Shown here in pieces: positions 59,634-64,000 of a DNA stretch of 64,000 nt. The position numbers and the translations under genes are program-made. Every line of letters begins with the position of its first letter. The stretch's first letter is position 1. The DNA is from Bacteroidales bacterium (GTDB lineage Bacteria > Bacteroidota > Bacteroidia > Bacteroidales > GCA-2748055), in NCBI GenBank assembly GCA_029931975.1, contig JAOZQY010000016.1, positions 348 to 64,347 on the forward strand, written 5' to 3'. The notes beneath the pieces are model-generated. The model was not told the DNA's origin, searched no databases, and was given only the letters and a program-made list of their open reading frames with translations.

Positions 59634-60476
59634 TTAATCAAATTTCAGATTATCTATAAGCCTCACTCCACCTAAATGAACAGCTATACAGGCTACTTTG
59701 TTCACCCCGTCATCCCATTCCTCAAGGGGTATAAGCCCTTTATCTTCAACAATTTCAAAATATTCCAGCTCCATTTCGGCTTGCTTTCTAAACTGAAGGG
59801 CCACCCATTCTTTTAATTGTGAAGGGCTAAGGGACGCCGTTTTTCCCCGGGCAAGTTTCAGTGTATGATAAATAAAAGGTGCCAGTTTTCGATCCTCTTT
59901 GCTGAGTCTGACGTTCCTGGAACTCATGGCCAGGCCGTCCTTTTCTCTGATAATTGGACATGGAACAATGTTTATGTCAAGTTCCAGAATCTCCACCAGC
60001 CTCTCTATGATCACCAGTTGTTGAAAATCTTTCTGTCCGAAATAGGCCCGAAGGGGTTGAACCAGCAGGAAAAGCTTGCTTACGATTTGGGCAACACCAT
60101 TAAAATGTCCTGAGCGGTGCTTTCCTTCCATGACCTTGTCCAGATTTCCCAGGTCAAAGATTTGCGCATCCCCCCCGGGATACATCTCATTCGCCGAAGG
60201 AACAAATACCAGATCGGCCTCCAGGTGCCGTAGCAGTTCCAGGTCGCTGTCAAGGGTTCTGGGATAAAGATTCAGGTCAGAAGGATCATTGAATTGAGTG
60301 GGATTCACAAAAATGCTTACAACAACGATGTCATTTTCGGCGCTTGCTTTTTCAACCAGAGAGGCATGGCCCTGGTGAAGCGCTCCCATGGTGGGAACCA
60401 AAGCAATGGTTTTCCCTTCATTTCGCAAGGTATGAAGGTGGCCTGAAATATCCTTTTTGGTTCTGTATACTATCAT
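59634..60476 (-). CDS. panC: pantoate--beta-alanine ligase
   Basis: 280 aa. [31 protein letters not shown]. Confidence 0.95.
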   Translation of the reverse strand: MIVYRTKKDISGHLHTLRNEGKTIALVPTMGALHQGHASLVEKASAENDIVVVSIFVNPTQFNDPSDLNLYPRTLDSDLELLRHLEADLVFVPSANEMYPGGDAQIFDLGNLDKVMEGKHRSGHFNGVAQIVSKLFLLVQPLRAYFGQKDFQQLVIIERLVEILELDINIVPCPIIREKDGLAMSSRNVRLSKEDRKLAPFIYHTLKLARGKTASLSPSQLKEWVALQFRKQAEMELEYFEIVEDKGLIPLEEWDDGVNKVACIAVHLGGVRLIDNLKFD

Positions 60477-60525
60477 ACAACAGGTGAGAGTACAAAGATA
60501 GATAAAAAGGTGTCAAAAATTTTTA

Positions 60526-60533
60526 GTAAATTT
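60526..60533 (+). promoter_or_regulatory. putative -7 promoter box (TAAATTTG)
   Basis: TAnnTTTG match 28 nt upstream of the ATG at 60561. Confidence 0.35.
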
Positions 60534-60560
60534 GCATGATTTCTAAACGATGCTTGCATA

Positions 60561-61370
60561 ATGGAGAGTAAAAAGGTATTATTTGTTTCTCAGGAGATTA
60601 CACCTTATTTGCCAGAGACGGAACTTTCCTTAATCAGCAGAAAACTTCCCCAGGCCATACAGGAAACCGGCAAGGAGATCCGGACTTTTATGCCAAAATA
60701 CGGAAACATCAATGAGCGTAGGAACCAACTACACGAGGTTATACGACTTTCGGGAATGAACCTGATCATTGATGACACCGATCATCCTTTGATTATAAAA
60801 GTTGCCTCCATTCAGGCCGCAAGGATGCAGGTGTATTTCATTGATAATGAGGAATATTTTCAAAGGAAACAGACGGTGGTTGATTCAAAGGGTGAGCACT
60901 TTAAGGACAATGATGAGCGGATGATTTTTTTCGCTCGTGGTGTGCTGGAGACTGTTCGGAAACTGCGCTGGTCACCCGATCTGGTACACTGCCATGGATG
61001 GTTTACCTCCCTGGTACCCCTGTATATTAAGAATGCTTACCGTGAGGATCCACTCTTTGCAGATTCAAAAGTGATCTTCTCATTTTATGATAACGGTTTT
61101 GATGGTTCCCTGGACCCTTCTTTCTCAAAGAAGATACTTGTGGATGGTGTTTCTGATGAACATATATCCATGCTTAAGGATTCGGGGTATGAAAATCTGG
61201 CCAGCCTGGCAGCCACCTATTCGGATGGGCTGATCCAGGGAAGTGAATCCCTGCCTGCTAAAGTTGACGAAGTACTGAAAAATTCCGGGAAACCCTACTT
61301 GAATTATGCTAGTGAAGAGAAATATGTGGAGGAGTTTTCCGTTTTCTATGACAGTATCATCAACGCTTAA
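60561..61370 (+). CDS. short glycogen/starch-synthase-like protein (N-terminal GT5 domain only)
   Basis: 269 aa. Starts VLFVSQEITPY and contains LVHCHGW, as in the N-terminal half of GlgA. A clean TAA stop follows and there is no C-terminal GT1 half. Confidence 0.7.
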   Translation: MESKKVLFVSQEITPYLPETELSLISRKLPQAIQETGKEIRTFMPKYGNINERRNQLHEVIRLSGMNLIIDDTDHPLIIKVASIQAARMQVYFIDNEEYFQRKQTVVDSKGEHFKDNDERMIFFARGVLETVRKLRWSPDLVHCHGWFTSLVPLYIKNAYREDPLFADSKVIFSFYDNGFDGSLDPSFSKKILVDGVSDEHISMLKDSGYENLASLAATYSDGLIQGSESLPAKVDEVLKNSGKPYLNYASEEKYVEEFSVFYDSIINA

Positions 61371-61383
61371 GATTATTTTTTTT

Positions 61384-62751
61384 ATGAAGAAGAAGTATTT
61401 GTGGGTAAGTGCAATCATTTTTGGATTGCTTGGATTGATGACTTCATGTCAGATTGGCGACAATGAGCTTGGTACAGATATACTACCTCCGGGCGACAAT
61501 GTGCTTGTGACTCTCGACACCATATTTGAGATTGATGCCTATCCCGTAACAGGGAAGCACATACTTACCTCAGAAACCTATAATGAAAACAGGATTTTGC
61601 TGCTAGGAGTGGTGGAAGATACCATTTTTGGAAAATCCACAGCCTCAGTGGTGACTCAGTTTAACACCACTTCAGCTTATATTCCAGCGGCCAATACAGA
61701 GATAGACTCTCTGTTTCTGGCGCTCTATATTGCTGATTTTCTTGGAGATGAGGACCAGGATCTCACTCTGAGTGTTTACGAGTTTACAGATCGAATATTT
61801 TTAGACTCGGTTTACTATTCAGACTATGATGTTGCGGGTAAATATGATCCGGTGCCCCTGGTGCAGAAGACCATCACTCCCGAGGCAGGAACTGCATATG
61901 AACTGCTTATAGAGGACCAGGACTTTATCGATAAGTTTTTGGCCATTGAGTCAGATACTACTACTTTTTACAGCGACTCTATTTTCAAGGACTATTTCAA
62001 TGGCTTTTATATTACTGCAGAACCCTCTTCAGCGGAAGGAACCATGGCCAGAATCCTGATAAACAACTCACTTTCACGGTTGACCATGAAATATGCCAAC
62101 GACTCCACAGATGTGGACTCGACCGTGGAACGCGACTTTTACTATGCACATTTCAGCATCAACGAATTCTCCTCTCAGAAAATTAATGTATTTGAGCACG
62201 ATTATACAGGAACCCGGCTTGGGGAGATTATCGATAATGAAACTGTGAGCACCCCATATAGTTATGTACAGGGGATGTCAGGTGTTAATACCAGATTCTC
62301 TTTCGCCAACCTGAGTGAGTGGATGGATCAGAACCCGATTATTATCAACAATGCAAGCCTGGTATTTGATGTGGTCCCCGAGGAGGAAAGCGGGATTCTT
62401 TACGACGATCTGCCGGGTCGACTGATGTTTGGAACCATCCTGGAGGATGACTCCTATGAGCCCATCTATGACTATAATGTGTTATATGGCAATGATGCCA
62501 CCCGGGTTGCTTCAGACTTTGGGGGATTTAGGAAAGGTGAATCAGCCGGCCTCTTCAGTGACACCACCTACACCTACCGTTTTAAAATGAGTCTCCACTT
62601 TCAATCCATGTTGGATGGGACAAAACCTGACAATGATTTTATTCTTCAGCTGGACGATGGACTTATTAGTCCAAAAAACATCAAGCTTTGGAGTAACCTT
62701 CCTACCAACGAAAGACGTATAAGGTTAGAAATTGTGTACCTTAAGCTATAG
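61384..62751 (+). CDS. DUF4270-like lipoprotein
   Basis: Start chosen at ATG 61384 (MKKKYLWVSAIIFGLLGLMTSC lipobox) rather than the track start at 61306, which overlaps the upstream gene. The N-terminal DNELGTDILP is as remembered for DUF4270. Confidence 0.6.
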   Translation: MKKKYLWVSAIIFGLLGLMTSCQIGDNELGTDILPPGDNVLVTLDTIFEIDAYPVTGKHILTSETYNENRILLLGVVEDTIFGKSTASVVTQFNTTSAYIPAANTEIDSLFLALYIADFLGDEDQDLTLSVYEFTDRIFLDSVYYSDYDVAGKYDPVPLVQKTITPEAGTAYELLIEDQDFIDKFLAIESDTTTFYSDSIFKDYFNGFYITAEPSSAEGTMARILINNSLSRLTMKYANDSTDVDSTVERDFYYAHFSINEFSSQKINVFEHDYTGTRLGEIIDNETVSTPYSYVQGMSGVNTRFSFANLSEWMDQNPIIINNASLVFDVVPEEESGILYDDLPGRLMFGTILEDDSYEPIYDYNVLYGNDATRVASDFGGFRKGESAGLFSDTTYTYRFKMSLHFQSMLDGTKPDNDFILQLDDGLISPKNIKLWSNLPTNERRIRLEIVYLKL

Positions 62752-62794
62752 TTTGTTTTAGCTCAGGTTTAATTTGCCTTAAATTATTTTACTC

Positions 62795-64000
62795 ATGTGT
62801 GGAATTGTCGGCTACATCGGGAGCAAAGATGCCTACCCGATACTTATCAAAGGATTAAAGAGACTAGAATACCGCGGATATGATTCCGCCGGGGTTGCCC
62901 TTTTGAATGGCGATACGGCCATCTATAAGAAGAAAGGGAAGGTAAGCGAACTGGAAGATTATGTGCGGGGCAAGGAAACAAAATGCTCCATTGGGATTGG
63001 ACATACCCGATGGGCCACACATGGCGAGCCCAGCGATTTGAATGCGCATCCTCACCAATCTGAAAAGGGACTTTTCACCATTATCCATAACGGGATCATT
63101 GAAAACTATTCAATATTGAAGAAAACCCTGATGGATCAGGGCATGACATTCTACAGCGATACCGATACCGAAGTGCTGGCCAACCTGATTGAATTTATCT
63201 ATACCTCGGAAGATGTAAGTGTGGAGGTGGCCGTAAGCCTGGCACTGCAGAAGGTTGAGGGTGCATACGGACTGGTGGTGATTTCCAGGGAAGATCCCAA
63301 TCTGATGATCGCCGCCCGCCGAAGCAGTCCCCTCGTGATCGGACTTGGAAGTAACGAATACTTCATTGCTTCCGATGCTACACCCATTGTGGAGTATACC
63401 GACCGGGTGATCTACCTGAACAATGATGATATTGCCCTGATCCGAAGGGATGAACTGGTGCTTAAAAACCTGGTCAGTGAAAGCACCCAGGTCAATATAA
63501 AGACCCTGGACATGGGGATCTCTGAAATGGAGAAGCAGGGATATGAGCACTTTATGTTGAAGGAGATTTTCGAACAGCCACGATCCATCATGGATACCTT
63601 TCGTGGAAGGATCATGTCAGAAACCAATGAGATCAGGCTGGGTGGACTGCTTGATGTGAAGGACCAGCTTGTGAATGCAAAACGGATCGTTGTGATCGCT
63701 TGCGGTACTTCCTGGCATGCAGGACTGGTTGGTGAATATCTGATCGAGGACCTGGCCAGGATCCCGGTGGAGGTGGAGTATGCTTCCGAGTTCAGATACC
63801 GTCATCCCATGATCGGTCCCGACGATGTGGTCCTTGCCATTTCTCAGAGCGGGGAAACTGCCGATACCCTGGCCGCCATTCAACTGGCCAAGGATGCAGG
63901 GGCGCTGGTGATAGGAATCTGTAATGTGGCAGGTTCAAGTATTTCCCGGGAGACCCATGCCGGGGTCTATACGCATGCCGGTATTGAGATCGGGGTAGCC
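62795..64000 (+). CDS. glmS: glutamine--fructose-6-phosphate aminotransferase (C-terminus cut by window edge)
   Basis: Absent from the ORF track because no stop is reached. ATG at 62795 gives MCGIVGYIGSKDAYPILIKGLKRLEYRGYDSAGVA...HTRWATHG. The frame stays open to nt 64000 (402 codons). Confidence 0.95.
   Translation, partial: MCGIVGYIGSKDAYPILIKGLKRLEYRGYDSAGVALLNGDTAIYKKKGKVSELEDYVRGKETKCSIGIGHTRWATHGEPSDLNAHPHQSEKGLFTIIHNGIIENYSILKKTLMDQGMTFYSDTDTEVLANLIEFIYTSEDVSVEVAVSLALQKVEGAYGLVVISREDPNLMIAARRSSPLVIGLGSNEYFIASDATPIVEYTDRVIYLNNDDIALIRRDELVLKNLVSESTQVNIKTLDMGISEMEKQGYEHFMLKEIFEQPRSIMDTFRGRIMSETNEIRLGGLLDVKDQLVNAKRIVVIACGTSWHAGLVGEYLIEDLARIPVEVEYASEFRYRHPMIGPDDVVLAISQSGETADTLAAIQLAKDAGALVIGICNVAGSSISRETHAGVYTHAGIEIGVA

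Noticed and set aside
60561-61370. Short glgA-like gene as a pseudogene or frameshifted fragment
   Set aside because: It has a clean ATG and TAA. No glgA C-terminal-half sequence follows in any frame, and the next ORF has its own lipoprotein signal.
62864-63883. Four minus-strand ORFs of 62-146 aa listed in the track
   Set aside because: All are antisense to glmS. The track omits glmS only because that ORF runs off the window without a stop.
1-64000. Scan for CRISPR arrays, rRNA/tRNA genes, transposases, integrases, phage genes, toxin-antitoxin pairs or known defense systems
   Set aside because: I saw none. Non-coding space is small, no spaced direct-repeat arrays are present, and no ORF carries DDE transposase, tyrosine-recombinase or phage-like motifs that I could recognise. 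This was a scan by eye, not tRNAscan or Infernal.

Overview
This window looks like a core chromosomal region of a Bacteroidota genome. The evidence is the gld/T9SS genes, recurrent TAnnTTTG -7 promoter boxes, no Shine-Dalgarno signals, and DUF4270/DUF4296-type lipoproteins. I call 51 apparently intact CDS at high coding density. Two are cut by the window edges: gpmI at the 5' end and glmS at the 3' end; glmS is missing from the ORF track.

Most genes are housekeeping: mdh, secDF, tatA, ribE, metK, asnS, rpoN, rbfA, trpS, ung, topA, a PBP1A, radA, panCD and glmS.

Three blocks encode cell-envelope or surface functions:
1. A complete T9SS/gliding core operon, porP-gldK-gldL-gldM-gldN (44.3-50.2 kb, minus strand).
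2. A 1734-aa SprB-repeat adhesin with a type-B T9SS C-terminal domain, translationally coupled to a PorP/SprF-like gene and a DUF4296 lipoprotein gene (22.0-28.6 kb, minus strand).
3. A tightly coupled three-gene cluster I cannot assign to any named family (35.6-41.5 kb, plus strand). It encodes a 919-aa membrane-anchored protein with a beta-propeller-like C-terminus, a 544-aa lipoprotein, and a 484-aa outer-membrane-type protein whose N-terminus resembles the PorP/SprF motif. This is my best candidate for an undescribed system.

Smaller observations:
- a long metK leader;
- a 13-nt direct repeat upstream of a gldA-like gene;
- tandem repeats in the TatA tail;
- an arginase-fold protein with non-canonical metal-ligand motifs;
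- terminators embedded in or shared between convergent genes.

I found no rRNA, tRNA, CRISPR array, transposase, integrase or prophage genes by eye. All family assignments come from reading motifs in the translations. No database search, HMM or covariance-model scan was run.
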